Positions 50,601 through 63,490 of a stretch of DNA of 64,000 bases are shown here, in pieces. The notes under the pieces were generated by a model. The model saw only the letters and a program-made list of their open reading frames with translations. It did no database searches and had not been told where the DNA came from. The stretch covers positions 186,001 to 250,000 of the forward strand of contig NIVC01000201.1 in NCBI GenBank assembly GCA_002269645.1. The letters are read 5' to 3'. Position numbers and translations under genes: made by a program. Source of the stretch: Macrostomum lignano. Its lineage: Eukaryota. The first letter of the stretch is position 1; each line of letters opens with the position of its first letter.

Positions 50601-53600
50601 GGTTTGAGATGGGATGGAGGATGGGGTTTGAGATGGGATGGAGAATGGGGTTTGAAATGGGATGGAGAATGGGGCTTGAGATGGGATGGAGAATGGGGCT
50701 TGAGATGGGATGGAGGATGGGGTGTGAGATGGGATGGAGATGGGGTTTGAGATGGGATGGAGGATGGGGTTTGAGATGGGATGGAGAATGGGGTTTGAGA
50801 TGGGGTTTAAGATGGGATGGAGGATGGGGTTTGAGATGGGATGGAGGATGGGTTTTGAGATGGGATGGAGGATGGGTTTTGAGATGGGATGGAGGATGGG
50901 GTTTGAGATGGGATGGAGGATGGGTTTTGAGATGGAACAGAGGAAGGGACTGGGACAGCTGAAGTTGGGAGCAGTAAGCAACTGAGCAAGGCAGCAAACA
51001 GCTGAGCTCACCAGGGTCAGGCTTCCGTTGAAGCAGCAACTGTCTGGCATCGCTGATTCCTTGACGTTTTCGATTAGCAATGAACTGCCTGGCATCCTGC
51101 TGAATCTTGGCCCGGAGCTGCAACTGTCTGGGCTGGTTGGAGTTTTGATGCCCGAATCGAGACCTGAGTGTGGGAAATTGAAGCTGCACATTTATTCACT
51201 TGTCTGTTTATTTCATAGAATAAAGATTGCAGCTTGCACTTGTCTACCCGAAGCCAACGGTGCTGACCACCAAAAGTTTTAACTATGTGAGCCTATAGGC
51301 GATAAAGAATTAGAAGATTTGGCCAAGTTCAGCAATAAATACTTTAGATCAAGGATGAAAAATTTCTGGTTGTGCTACTTTGTGTTATACTGTTATCAAA
51401 ATATATTGGTACTAAGATAACTATAATCTATAGATAGGCCAAGATGGAATCCTTGCATGGCAATTTTGGAATAGAATTTTTTTCAGGTAAGTTGCTTACT
51501 CTGAAATACAAAAGTTTTTTCCATGTAATGACAATAAAGAACCTTTTCAGCAATTTTGACAACTTTGCAACTTTTTAGGATGCCTTCTGCATGCAAAAAC
51601 TTTGACTTGTTTTGTGTTATAAGTGGAATACAAAATTCTCCAAGTTCCATGATCTATAACACAAAAACTGGTATACAAAGGTTTGAATTTTGTAGAAGGC
51701 ACAAATTTGAAAATGGGTACTAGTGTCTTCCAGTTTATAATGAAAGGTCTAACATTTTGAAGAAAAAGCTAGTGGTTAAAAGGTGACAAGGTCCTTGATT
51801 GTTGCAATATAAAATTTTTAATCTCTTAAAATACTTGGCATACACTTTTTTTGCGCCTAGCTTAAAGTCATGTGGCGCGCACAACCTTGAAAAGGGTGTA
51901 CTGTAATTTTTAGGTATGAAATATGCTGTGACGAAAATGTCAGCAAAAATGCAAACTGCATTGATGTTTGATGCAACTATAACTACCTGACAGCAAAATT
52001 TAGCATACATGTACCTCCTACACTGTTTTCAGAAATTAATGATTCTAGCAACCAAGGATTACAAAAAAAATATTAGTAGCATTTTAGGTTGAATTATTTG
52101 ATTAAAGTTTAAAAATTAGAACAAAATGTAAGGAACTGCAAAAAATAGCAAGAAGTCAGACAAGACCTACTGCTAACTTAACAATAAAACATAATTAATC
52201 TATTTTAATAATGAAATTTGATTTTAACAGCCTACACAGCACAAGACTAAATAATTTAAAATTTGAAGATTGACAAGCGTTAAGTACATTAATACATTAA
52301 TTCCTTTCCAAGTTAAGTGAGTGCTAAATAAAATTTTGTAATTTAAACCATAGGGCAGAGGCAAGGAGTTCTATAATTAGCAACCTGGAGTGGAAATGAG
52401 TTTTTCTGTTTTACCTCTTGAGGCCAGACTAGCATAGACAGTCAGACAGAGCCATAGACATTCAGTGCTGGCTCTTTATCTTTACAATTGGCGTGGCCTC
52501 ATGAGGTAAAACTTGCTTCCACTCCAGATTGCTAATTATAGAATTCCTTGGCAGAGGCTACTTAGCATTAGCAACGAGTACACTATTTTACCTCCTATTT
52601 TGAACAATTTTTTCTTGCATTTTTCCTATGGTACTTATTGGCTCCATGGTCTCTAATAATATACTAACTTTTTTGAATATTTAAGAAAAATGGATTAAAG
52701 ACACTTTTTGCCCAATTCGGAGCCACTTAGCTCCAATTTTGCACCAATCAGTTGTGAAAAATTTGCACCATACAATGGCAAAAAAATTGTGCCATTTTTG
52801 TAAAATTTGTGCATTTGTACCTCATTTGCACCAAGTGCAAATTTGCGCCTTACTGGGACCACTGAGCCTTTTGCCAGCTTGCTAAGCTAGGAGGAGGGGG
52901 TTAGTATAGAAATATCGTGCCACGCTACCTTTTTGTATTTCCTGTGTTTTTTTCGGGTGGGCATTTTTGCAACTTCCTTGGCTGGCCACCAAATCAGGGG
53001 CTTTAGCATGCCTCGGCCAATAAATGCAGCCTTGATCACTCTATCAGCCAAATAAATAAATCCATAGGGGTAATACCATATGGCAAAATCAAAAAATTGG
53101 AGGCAAGTTTTATGAAAATTTGTTTTTTGGCAATTTGAAAGCAATAAAGCTATAAAATAAATTTATTTAAGTTTTAAAAAGGTAAAAAAGTCTATAAAAG
53201 CACAAATTATCTATGTATAGCTTTATTTTTAATAAAATGATTTGTTAAAATTGTAAGTTTAATTATGACCTAAAATGACTCTAATGAAAATGATAGAAAA
53301 GCTATAATGTATTTTATTAACTTTAACTATCTTATAATGTTGCACTCTATAAGTCTATAACATATTTAACATTTTTTAAAGGGTTTATTTGCTTATCACT
53401 TTCTGTACTCTTGACAATGTGTATTTTGTAGAGTTTGTTTGCAATAAATTGTATTTAACGTAAGTTTATTATGTAAAAATACAAATTCCTATAAGGATCG
53501 GAAAATTGCATTTTACTCAGCTTTTACCAAAGCTATTTGGAAAATTCTTTTTTTTTATTGCATACACACTGCAGTGATAAATGTTTTAATGTAATTTCAT

Positions 53601-55548
53601 TGTTCTTTGTCGCTTAATGAGCATACAATAAGCATCTGATTTGGAAGCCGGGTAACACATTGGAATTCCCATAAGGATTGGAAAATTGCATTTTACTCAG
53701 CTTCTACTAAATTGATTTGGAAAATTCTTTTTTTCTTGCATACACGCCGCAATGGTACATGTTTTAGTGTAATTTCTTTTTTCTTCGTAGCTTAATAAGC
53801 ATACAGTAAGCATCTGATTTGGAAGCCAGGTAACACATTGGAATTCTTATAAGGATTGGAAAATTGCATTTTACGTAGCTTCTATTACAGCGATTTGGAA
53901 AATTCTTTTTTTTCTTGCATACACGCCGCGGTGATACAGGTTTTAGTGTAATTTCATTGTTCTTTGTTGCTTAATAAGCATATAGGAAGCATTTGATTTG
54001 GATGCCAGGGTCACATTTTATGGTACCATTTTTTACCCAAAATTTTTAAGTCTAAATATAGGCATATTACAAACACTAATCCTATGCAAGTTGATATTTA
54101 AATGAAAGAAAACAACTTAAAGATTATTTTGAAATAAGGAATTAGCGATATATTTACTTTTAGAGAAAGATGTTTGCTAGCAAATTTTGCACTTTAAATT
54201 AGTATGAATTTTTGCAAGTTCATGTGGTTTTAGAAAAACTTTGAAATCTTTAGAAATACCCCATCTTTTTGAATAGAATAAAAAGTAAAACATAGATTAT
54301 TTTCTGTTTTGTAAGTAGTAAAAAAATTAGCCTTCTCTAAGGCCTACAAGTCTTAAAATTAATTGTTCAATAATGAAAAAAAATTGAAACAAAAAATTGT
54401 GAATTGGTCAACTCGGACTTTTAAAATGCTTTTTTGTGTTTTTTTCTTATTTATTCAACGATATAAAGCATGAAAACAATAGTTTTTATCCAGAACTATT
54501 TTTTAAAGACCTACCATCTTTCAAAAACCTTTTTTAGATACATTACTTTCCATCAAATGTCCGCAGATTTGTTTTACCATTTTATCCCACATTTTTGGAT
54601 TTCACCATATAAGTAATATGTACTATTAAAAAAATTGATAAAAGTCCAATTGAAACAAAAGTAAAAAACTAATGAATTTTCATACCTTTTGTAAGCTTTT
54701 TTCAACTTTGCACAGATTTTTTGTTGAAGTGCACTAGATTTTTTTGCCACAATGTATACCTTCCTGGGTGTGGAAAGATTATGGAATTTTTGCCTATTGG
54801 GAATATATTATATTCAACAAGGTCTATAAAGGCATGTCTCATATGCATAATATCCATAAGAATCCTAACACAAATTTTGGAATGTTTTTAGGCCTGGGCC
54901 TACTCTCTCTCTCTCTCTGAATATTTTAACTAAAAACAGAACTAGCACCTCCATTTTTGTTTGGGTCTTTAGCTGCCTTTAGTTAGTTCCTTTAGTTGGG
55001 TCTTTAACTTTCTTGTTGCGCCACTGAAAAAATCATCTAAAATACAACTTAGAATGCACGCTAGGCCTGAGGTCATACATAACAACATAGCAAAGCAAAG
55101 GCAGGCCTATGCGTAACCAAAGAAACTTACATATCACGTTGCTTTGATCCTATAATGTCTTCAAGACTAAGATTCATCAATAATATTAACCAGAAAGCAA
55201 AGTAAAAATATGTGTACTATATTTATAATATAAAGTATACCTGGGTAAAAAACAGCAAATTGCAACTTAACCTTTACAATTTAAGAAATCGATCGAACGG
55301 ATCGATTGAAATAAACGTTTAAACTGTTGCTTCAAACTTTAAAATTTATAAAAGTTAACAAAATAAAAAACCTAAAGTATTAGAAAAATAAAAATAAAAT
55401 AGCAAAAATTAAAAAACGCTATAAAAACTTCTTTGCTAATAAATTACATTTAAGGTTACAATTTATTTGTACCACCGCAGAAATCCAGCTTTCCACGAAC
55501 CACAGGAGCGGCGTCTGACTACTTTTCGGTGGAGTTTTATGAACGTGT
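47656..55548 (-). CDS. POLDIP3: POLDIP3/SKAR-like RNA-binding protein (multi-exon; first exon and 48300-48700 junctions unresolved)
   Basis: C-terminal RRM exon 47910-47656 (YKVSISGLHHSVTRDDIYELF...AEVVF...YNNRELDG). Exon 51163-51012 has DARQ repeats (QQDARQFIANRK..ISDARQLL). Exon 49444-49260 and an acidic Tyr/Glu exon from about 49188. Candidate exon 55548-55476 gives (D)TFIKLHRK...AGFLR|SRFG, similar to the POLDIP3 N-terminus. Confidence 0.72.
48041..48201. repeat. 21-bp minisatellite GGATTTGAGATCTGCAGTTTG in a POLDIP3 intron
   Basis: About 7.5 copies visible. Confidence 0.92.
49509..50935. repeat. 24-bp G-rich minisatellite GATGGGGTTTGAGATGGGATGGAG in a POLDIP3 intron
   Basis: Directly visible. 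Source of the HPISNPIL and GWRMGFEM pseudo-ORFs. Confidence 0.96.
52362..52550. mobile_element. MITE with long TIRs, P-element-like ends
   Basis: Ends CAAGG...CCTTG. About 55-65-bp imperfect inverted repeats (caagga[g/a]ttctataattagcaa[c/t]ctggagtggaa...ttttacctc[t/a]tgaggcca). 7-bp TSD GCAGAGG at 52355-52361 and 52551-52557. Confidence 0.82.
53484..54016. repeat. About 180-bp AT-rich tandem repeat, about 3 copies
   Basis: aattc(c/t)(t/c)ataagga..ggaaaattgcatttt recurs at 53484, 53664 and 53842. Confidence 0.9.
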
Positions 55549-56439
55549 CTAAGATAAGTAGCCTGTTACCCGCTTATAAATATCTTTCCCAAGATTGTTT
55601 GTTTATTGTTTGCTTTAAAATTTACTTATAAGTTAACAGCTAATAGCAACAATTGTCGCTCTTTAAAATGTATGATGAATATGGTTGCCCAGTAGAAGAG
55701 GACAAAATGTAAGCAAATCAATTTAATCCTAATGATGGTTTTTTATTATTGCTATAATTTTCATTCAAAATACTATAAAATACTAGAAACAGTAGATTAT
55801 CCGGCTACATATAATATCTGGCTACAGATTTGGTATACACAAATAGGGACCTCTATTTGTTGCCATTAGGCCTATATTGTTCCTATTTATAATATTTTAT
55901 AGTATGTTATGGCCATACTTAAAGACAGTGACTAAGACACAGTGTACTTAAAAACCTGGGTGGAATTCGTTTCAGAAACTGCCAAAGAAGCTACTGATTG
56001 AAGTCTAATTATTCTCCAGATCCTATGTAGAGCACAATTATTGCATTACCACTATTTTAATATGCATGTTAATGTTGAAATTTATTGTTCAAATACGAGT
56101 AACATAGAAGTGTACTATATCTGTAATAAACACTGACTACTTCAATAATCATTGACTACAAAGAGTACAACATTTAAGGATAGCCTGAAGTATTTTAATA
56201 TGATCCAAATAAGTGCAAACAGTAAAAAACATGAGTTTACCTTTTCCAAGGCTAAAGACAAAAATATAGTGCACTTTGTATTATTAAAATAGTATAATAT
56301 ATTTTTAGTGGACCAAACCAAAGTTGTAAAAAATGGAATCTAACATGTGATTATAGCTCGTAGCAGATGGTATAAAAAACTCGTGCGTAAATGCACTATA
56401 TAGTCAACACTATATCCATAATGCAATACATCCTCTCGA

Positions 56440-56835
56440 TTCTATTCTACTTCTTCTTGTATCCTCTCTCTTCACTCCACTTCTTTCTTCCATTACCTCT
56501 CCTCTCTGCTCTCACATATTTCTTTTCTATCTCCTCTGTTTTGTCTACTCTCACATATATCTTGTCTCTGCTCTCTTTTCTTTCCTTTCTCCTCTTTAAT
56601 AGCTCCATCTCTATTTCTCTTTTATCTCTTCTTTCTGCTCGCTTATCTCCATTCTATAATCTCTCCTGTCTCATCTCTTTACTCTTCCACTTCTTCTTTC
56701 CTCTATCATTTCTCTACTTTCTCCTATCCACTCTTTCCTCTTATTTCATCTCATCCTCCTCTCATCTCTACTCTCTCCTTCCGCTTCTCTCACCCTTATT
56801 TACTCTCTCTTCCCTCTCCTCTGACTTCTCTCCTC
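56440..56835. repeat. Polypyrimidine (CT-rich) low-complexity tract
   Basis: Strong C/T bias on the plus strand. Confidence 0.85.
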
Positions 56836-57195
56836 TCATAGTGATTTATGTATAAATTATTCTAATAGAATAACCAACGGAGTTTTTTGACAAGGATCTG
56901 CCGGGAAAAGTCAACATGTAATTAAATGAATTTGTGTTAAAAGTTTACTTTGCATGCTTTTTATTTAAAAACCTTCCAATTACAAAACAAAACAACTCAA
57001 CAAAGAGTAAAAATTTGAGATGTCGTTCCTTCAGTTTTTACTGGGCCCCAACTGGGCCTCCCCATCCTAAAACCCCTGGACATACCCCTGATAGTCAATA
57101 AAGGGTTCAAGCTGTTATAGACAGCAAAAAGTGGCTTGTTCGACTGGGTCCCAAAAGTTTGTGCAATTGATTCATTTCAAGTAGTGTACAAGTGG

Positions 57196-57788
57196 CCCTA
57201 TAGGAAAAAGTTGTAAAACCGCGGACGGTGTCCGGCGCACTTTTGAAATTTTTCTAAAGCGCAGCGCGCGCACAGGCGCATCGCCTGCGCGCGCGCTGCC
57301 CTTTCTTACTGGCTGCTGCTCTAGCAAATACATATACATGGAAATGGGTATAATACCCCTGTTGAAGGGGCTTATACACTCGTAATTTATTAAGCTTTGA
57401 GATGTTCCGAGAATTCAATTTCAATTTTCCAAAATTTGAAATTTTTTAGAGCAAATTTCAATTTAGAAAAAAATTTAGAAGTGAAAATTTTGGTAGTGTC
57501 TAAAGAGTCGCTAAAAATAAACTACTTTCTACTACATATACATGTATTACTTTTTGCTTAAGCAGTAAATTAAAAGTAAAAAAGTGAGTGTTGATCGAAC
57601 TAAACTTTGTTTTTCTGAATTATGATTTTGGGAAATTTCAATTTTGATTTTGGAAAGTTAGCAAATTTTGATTTCGACGAAACTGCAGATCTTTCGGAAC
57701 ATCTCTAATAATCCTAAAGCGCGGTAAAATAGTTTGACTCTTTTCTAAAGCGCTCGTCCGCGGGTTTTTGACATTTATTCCAATAGGG
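57196..57788. mobile_element. MITE with an 8-bp TSD, carrying a nested second MITE
   Basis: Imperfect TIR of about 34 bp (ccctat.ggaa.aa.t.t.aaaa.ccgcggacg). TSD ACAAGTGG at 57188-57195 and 57789-57796. Confidence 0.8.
57397..57707. mobile_element. Nested hAT-like MITE
   Basis: Perfect 12-bp inverted repeat GAGATGTTCCGA (57399-57410 and 57694-57705). The right end reads TAGAGATG, hAT-like. TSD is degenerate (5/8). Confidence 0.6.
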
Positions 57789-58082
57789 ACAAGTGGTAGG
57801 ACTAGTTCAAGAGCAGCTGCACTTCGACCCTGGACGAGCCAAAATCTGGGAGACCCCGAGATGTGCAGACTAAGAGAGCAACATGCAGCTCATCTGTGGT
57901 CTACTAGAAATTGATCCACAATAGATGTCTAAAAAATGGCAGAACTTAGTGAAATTCTTTGTATCCAGCATCCACCAAATTCTCACAGAGGACCTAGGGG
58001 CACCAGTAGCAATGCCTGAATAAGCTCTTCAATGAGATCATCTGACTTCTGGAAAACCCAGGTGATTTGGGTAGTTGTATTA

Positions 58083-58432
58083 TTGGGTTTTTTTGCCAGA
58101 GACAAGGTGTGAAATCGCACCTTGTGCCAAATTTAAAGGTGCGATTTTAAGGCTCAGAGTGCAATTTCTCTTGAGTCTTGTTTCAGACAACTAGGAATGT
58201 ATATTTTAATATCTTACATAAGGCTATAGCCATAGGCTATATCGCCCATATGACTTAATAGGATTTAAAGAGTTATTTCGTTTCATATTTTAAGGCAGTG
58301 CATGAAAAATAGCTTAAGCATGGTTAAGCCTTTAAAGAAAAATGGTTAAAAGACTGCACCTACTTTTTAATTTCAGGGTGCAATTTTAAAATTTAGGGTG
58401 CATACGCACACTCTGCGTACAAAAAAACCCTG
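58083..58432. mobile_element. Second, older copy of the 46639 MITE family with extra internal sequence
   Basis: Shared ends (tgggttttttgccag.gacaagg...aaatcgcacc and cacctactttt..atttcagggtgc.atttt...caaaaaaaccctg). No clean TSD. Confidence 0.75.
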
Positions 58433-59299
58433 ATTTGTAAACAGTGTTCACAAGTTTCCTGGGCACTCAGAATGAGCCATTGCATTCATTGGATTTTATT
58501 TTGACATCCTGAAAAAATCAACTGTTTGTTGTGATATCAGTCCAAACTGTGGCATGATTGCATAAACTTTTGGGATGGCTCTTGTAATGGGTTCACGGGT
58601 CTCCCTAAAACATGTACCGCACTGCCCAGCAGTGCTACACATTAACACAAATTGGTTTGTAACTTAAGACATTGCAAAAAAGTTTTCTGTTGAGCTTAAA
58701 GTGTTTCATAAATTTATAGTTTTCTATTACTTCAAAATGTAAAGTTCTAAGAATAATAATGATAATATATGTAGTAATAATAGGGTGGTGCGGTACTTGT
58801 TTTAGGGAGACCCTAAGTTCACAAGTCATAGACTACAAACTAGCAGCAATTGCACATCGTCACCCTCCAAATGCCATATGGCATTGCTGTCAGAAGCCAG
58901 CATGACACCGACATGACCGCCATCACCATTACTATCGCTATGACTGCAGGCAGCCCAATTAGGCACAAATTGTGATGCCTGTGATGCGGAACTCAGTGCA
59001 GACTTCTGAACAGCGCATTGTTTGTCCTTCCATTCAGATGTTTTGGCCCGTCAAATTGCCTGTTTTTGCGGCTGCATTTGCTCTCTGGCTGTGGCACGGC
59101 ACTGCTTAAATGCTAGACACAGAGTCTGATGCTCTACAGCAATGTTGGAATAAGCCAAAAATTGCCATCAATGTCAATTGCCATCGATTGCCATCGATTG
59201 CCATCGATGTCAATGTTGGAGACTACGAGAACTTTTACGGATCAAAAAGCTGTCAGCAACTTTCAGATTCGCTTGGAATCCATTTTTGTTATTTTTTGC

Positions 59300-60460
59300 G
59301 ATTGTAAAGCCTGATTTTTGTCTGAAAGGCACACAAGCTGCTTTTGCTGATCACTCTCAGTATTGTCTTCAGAATCTGCATTGCCACCTTGGTTGCCAAC
59401 ATTGGCAATCGCATTAGAATCAACAGCAGCAGAGCCATCCACTGCAGTGCTGATCATTGCTGAGATGTCAGCAAGAACTTTAGCTGCTCCTTCAGCTTGG
59501 ATGATTTGGAGAAGAAGCTGCTCACGCCTTTTCTCAAGATCTTTAATTTGCTTGTTGGTTGCAACAAGCCAGTTTTCGAGTGCAAGATTGGCTGACCGCA
59601 GTGCTTTAGTTTTGTTTGGAGCCTGTTAGCAGCTTGCTTCCTAGATAAAAGAACTGAAAAATTATTTTTAGTAATATTTCAGTAGTACTGCAGTAAAGGC
59701 ACAAATTGTAATAAGAAACTTGTCACTACTTACGAAACCTGCGCATCACTGCTTGTGTTTTGCAAAGACTCTTTCATAGGTCTCACCAAGAGTTACAGGA
59801 AGTTACTTCATGTTCATTGTAATGGACGGCTACCCAGAGCCACACAGATTTGCATGCCAAGCGTTCGTCATTGAATGGGACCTTTAACAGTACTCTGATA
59901 TGCAGAGCAGCATGAGAACTTTTAAAGGTCACAACTTTGACCATTCTTCCTTTTAATAGCCATTCACCACCGTAGAAGATGAACCGGATATCCACCTTGG
60001 ATATCATGCCAGTCTGCAAGGTCTTAAATTGCAGACCCCACCAACAAGGTTTACACATTTTCAATGACCCTAAAGGCCCTTTGCATTTCGTCTATAGGAT
60101 TTTCAACCAAAGCCATGTTGGAAAAGTGCCCATGTTCAAACTGCTCGTGGCGCAGTCAGCAGTAGCGGAAGCGGCCAATCATTTAGATGTCGCCGCAGCA
60201 GCAGCAGCAGTGCTAATGGCGCAGTTGGCAATAGTGGAAGCGTTTTGCTGCATTATTTGCTGCATTATTTGCCACATTAGATATACAACAGAGTGCAAGT
60301 GGCAAGATTTCGTCGTCATCGGAAGAATTACTATTATTATTATAATCTTAAGCAGACTGCTATTGGTCCTTCAACTTCTTACCTTTTTTGTACTTCTTTC
60401 CTCTTTAGTACTGACTCTTGACTGTGCATTTTTTCTCACACTTTTCCTGCATTTTCACTT
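59300..60460 (-). pseudogene. Decayed spliced coding remnant of unknown identity
   Basis: Donor GTAAGT near 59730 and acceptor tctAG near 59642, with a coiled-coil-like segment (LENWLVATNKQIKDLEKRREQLLLQII). Many stops. Confidence 0.3.
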
Positions 60461-61780
60461 GTGATTTGGAGCCTGATTTTGGTGCCATCCAAAATAATAT
60501 TTGCATCGACAATCAAGGTATCTGATCACACTGTCCAATTACAACATACTGTACTAGCAGCTCAGTCATAGGGTTTACACTACGAAGCATTATTGTTAAG
60601 GTGCATCATGCACTCGCGTTGTCTCGTATTTTAAAAGGCGAGATATTGCTATGATAGGCCTGACTAGGGTAAGGGCTAAGTATAAGAAAGCAAAGAACTG
60701 ACCAGAACAGTAGCTGAAAAATGAAGTCAACTGTTAAATTGCAGCAGATATATATTTTGTTAAATTCCTACTTTTTAAAAGTGATATTTATGTGGTACAA
60801 ACAATGTCACCATACGAATGCAGAATAAAATTACTGTATAATATGAATGGTATTAATATAAATAGTATATAATCATAGTTGCTTTATTTTTATATACTTG
60901 TTAAATTTTTAAAACATTAAAAACATTTCAAGCAAATGAATGGCCTCTAAAAATGAAATTCGATTTGATTCTCTTAGCAGTTTCCTGAAAGAGAGTAAAT
61001 GGTGGATTCTGCAGGAATCATCCAAAGCTTTGTAAGAACCTGCCAAAGTTTTTGGTGGTTTCCTTTATCAATTCCAATCATACATGACCAACCTCAAAAT
61101 TTTACCTGTCCAGTGCAACTTACTTTTGTCCAGATTTGCGACTTACCTATTCGCCACCACGCTGAAGGACCGGGGGGGGGGGTGGCATGCCTTGCTTATG
61201 GCTATGCTTATTGAAAAAAAAGGTACCTCATTTCTCTTTCCTTTCTCCTACTCTTACTCACTTTCCCAATTGATTTATCATTCACTTATGCAGCATTTCA
61301 GACTGCAGTAAATTGCACTATAGCTTGTACCAATGTACCCTGTTGGCTACACTTTACATATTGTACTGTATGTCTGGCAAACTAACTTGTATATGCACAC
61401 TTGTGTATATATAGGCCTCATGTGGGCTGGATTTTTGGTTAACAAACAGAAAGCTTCAGTTTAAGGCAACCAGATAAGGCTGAAGGCAAACTACAACAAA
61501 ACTATCTTCAGTAAAAAGTATAGGCACTGGTAACTCTGACTTGTGGAAGTGGTAAGTGTTGCTTTTGCTAAGCTACTTGCAAATTGTAACCTTTATTCAT
61601 TTCATTGGATAAAGCATTTCAACAATCAAGTTGGTAAACCTTTGTAGCTAAAGAAAGACTTGTCACTTGCATTTTAGGTCCAGCTAAGTAAGAATGAGGT
61701 ACAGCTTTTCTTGCAAAATTGCACTACTTGCCCTATGTTTCTGCTGTGCTTCAATAAACTGTTAGACTGATCCAGACAGA

Positions 61781-62678
61781 TTGTGTACTTTTGTTATAAA
61801 TGAGCTGAATACTGATGGACCCCATCTTGGCTCTCAAGAGTTTTCAGAATTTGTTGAATTAAAGCTTGTATGTTCAAGAAAATCTACATCAACAGCAACA
61901 GACTCACAAAGGCTACGTGACTACTTGCTGATTGGTGTCCAGGAATATCATGGCCAGTTCAGAAAACCAGTCATTACTTTTTCTGCAGACTTCTATCGCA
62001 CTGCAATGAAGGAAAAAACCAATTTTTTTGTAATTGCATCAAAGGATAGAATAAGTACAGCAGACATGTACTTCACTGACTCTGCAATTGGGTATACAGG
62101 TAAAACTGGTCAATGACTACTATCTAAGGAAGCACCAGCTAGGGCATCGCAATCTTCAATTTTCGAATTTTTCAAATCAGCAAGTAAACAACTTCCAAGT
62201 GACCCAAATGTACCGAAGAATGGTAATGGCAAAAGTCCTATGGCCCTTATGCTTCTGTATCAGAAAGACTATTCAAGAAATGAAGATGCGGCTAAGTCGA
62301 AAGTTACAAAAGTTACGTCTAGCAAAGATGCACCCATCTAACAGGCAACCTACGTTTGTCAATAGAATTCCAATCAATGAGGATTTGACTGCTATAATTC
62401 AACATAGAATTCATGACATGATCATTTATGCAAGAGGTACACAGAACAACTGGTGTACATTCTTTGAGTCATTATATATTTCACTTAAAGATAGACCAGC
62501 ACCTGACTATATACTGAGTCCTGCATGTGAATGGGATGAAAAAGGCCATGAAGACTATTCCATCAACCGGTGCAATCAACCAAGGAATCAACCGATCAAC
62601 CAATGGAAACTTGGTTGTGTAACTCCTAGAGAAGTGAATGATTGTTCTGGTGCACATTGGATATTAGAAGAAAATTAA
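61781..62678 (+). pseudogene. Decayed lamin-tail-domain-like gene
   Basis: FVINELNTDGP...SEFVELK...FFVI. The same frame continues past TGA 62114 (QSSIFEFF...KNGNGKSPMALMLLY). After a frameshift at about 62340 it reads DMIIYA...DYSINRC...CVTPREVNDC. Confidence 0.5.
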
Positions 62679-63056
62679 CAGCAATCTTAAGTGCAGCCCA
62701 GGGATCAGGTGATGGTGCAGCTACAGCACATTCAAGGGAACTAGAAGCACCACCATCCCAATGTTCAGCAAGCTCACACTGAGAGGGACTATTAATGGCA
62801 ATGCAAAATCCAGAGGTTGTTGCTTCTAATAGAGATCTAGCTATGCAAAATGCAGAAATTGAGATTCATGGTGCAGATGCAATAACCCACGCATATTGCT
62901 CTTCTCAAATAATGTTAGCTGAAAGAGAAGCTGTTTTTGAAATGAATGAAGAAACTAGACATCTTGAGACAGAATTTGTATGACAGCGCACTACTCATGC
63001 TGAATCTATTGCTATAGAATCTTGCCCATCAACTGATGCTAATACTGAAGCGCGGA

Positions 63057-63372
63057 TCCTGATTGCGACTTAGTTCCTCTTGATTGCAACTTAGTTCCTC
63101 CTGATTGTGACTAAATTCTTCCCAATTGGGACTTAGTTCCTCCCGATTGCAACTTAGTTCCTCTTAATTGCAACTTACTTCTTCCCAATTGCAACTTAGT
63201 TCCTCCTGATTGTGACTTACTTCTTCCCAATTGTGACTTAGTTCCTCCTGATTGCGACTTAGTTCCTCCTGATTGCAACTTAGTTCCTCCTGATTGCAAC
63301 TTAGTTCCTCCTGATTGCAACTTAGTTCCTCTTGATTGTGACTTAGTTCCTCCTGATTGCGACTTAGTTCCT
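63057..63372. repeat. 21-bp minisatellite GATTGCAACTTAGTTCCTCCT, about 15 copies
   Basis: Directly visible. Confidence 0.94.
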
Positions 63373-63490
63373 TTGTTCTCTTTTCTTCTCTTTCTCTTTT
63401 TCTCTCCTCTTTCTCCTCTCTCTTCTTCCTCCTTTCTTTTCTTTTTCTCTTCCTTTCCTTTTTTTCTTCCCTTAATTTTTTTTCATTTTC
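63373..63490. repeat. CT-rich low-complexity tract
   Basis: Directly visible. Confidence 0.85.

Noticed and set aside
49366-51191. 607-aa and 494-aa ORFs
   Set aside because: Mostly the 24-bp intronic minisatellite; only 51163-51012 and the region below 49444 are exonic.
56391-56855. Hydrophobic 154-aa ORF resembling a membrane protein
   Set aside because: Translation of a CT-rich low-complexity tract.
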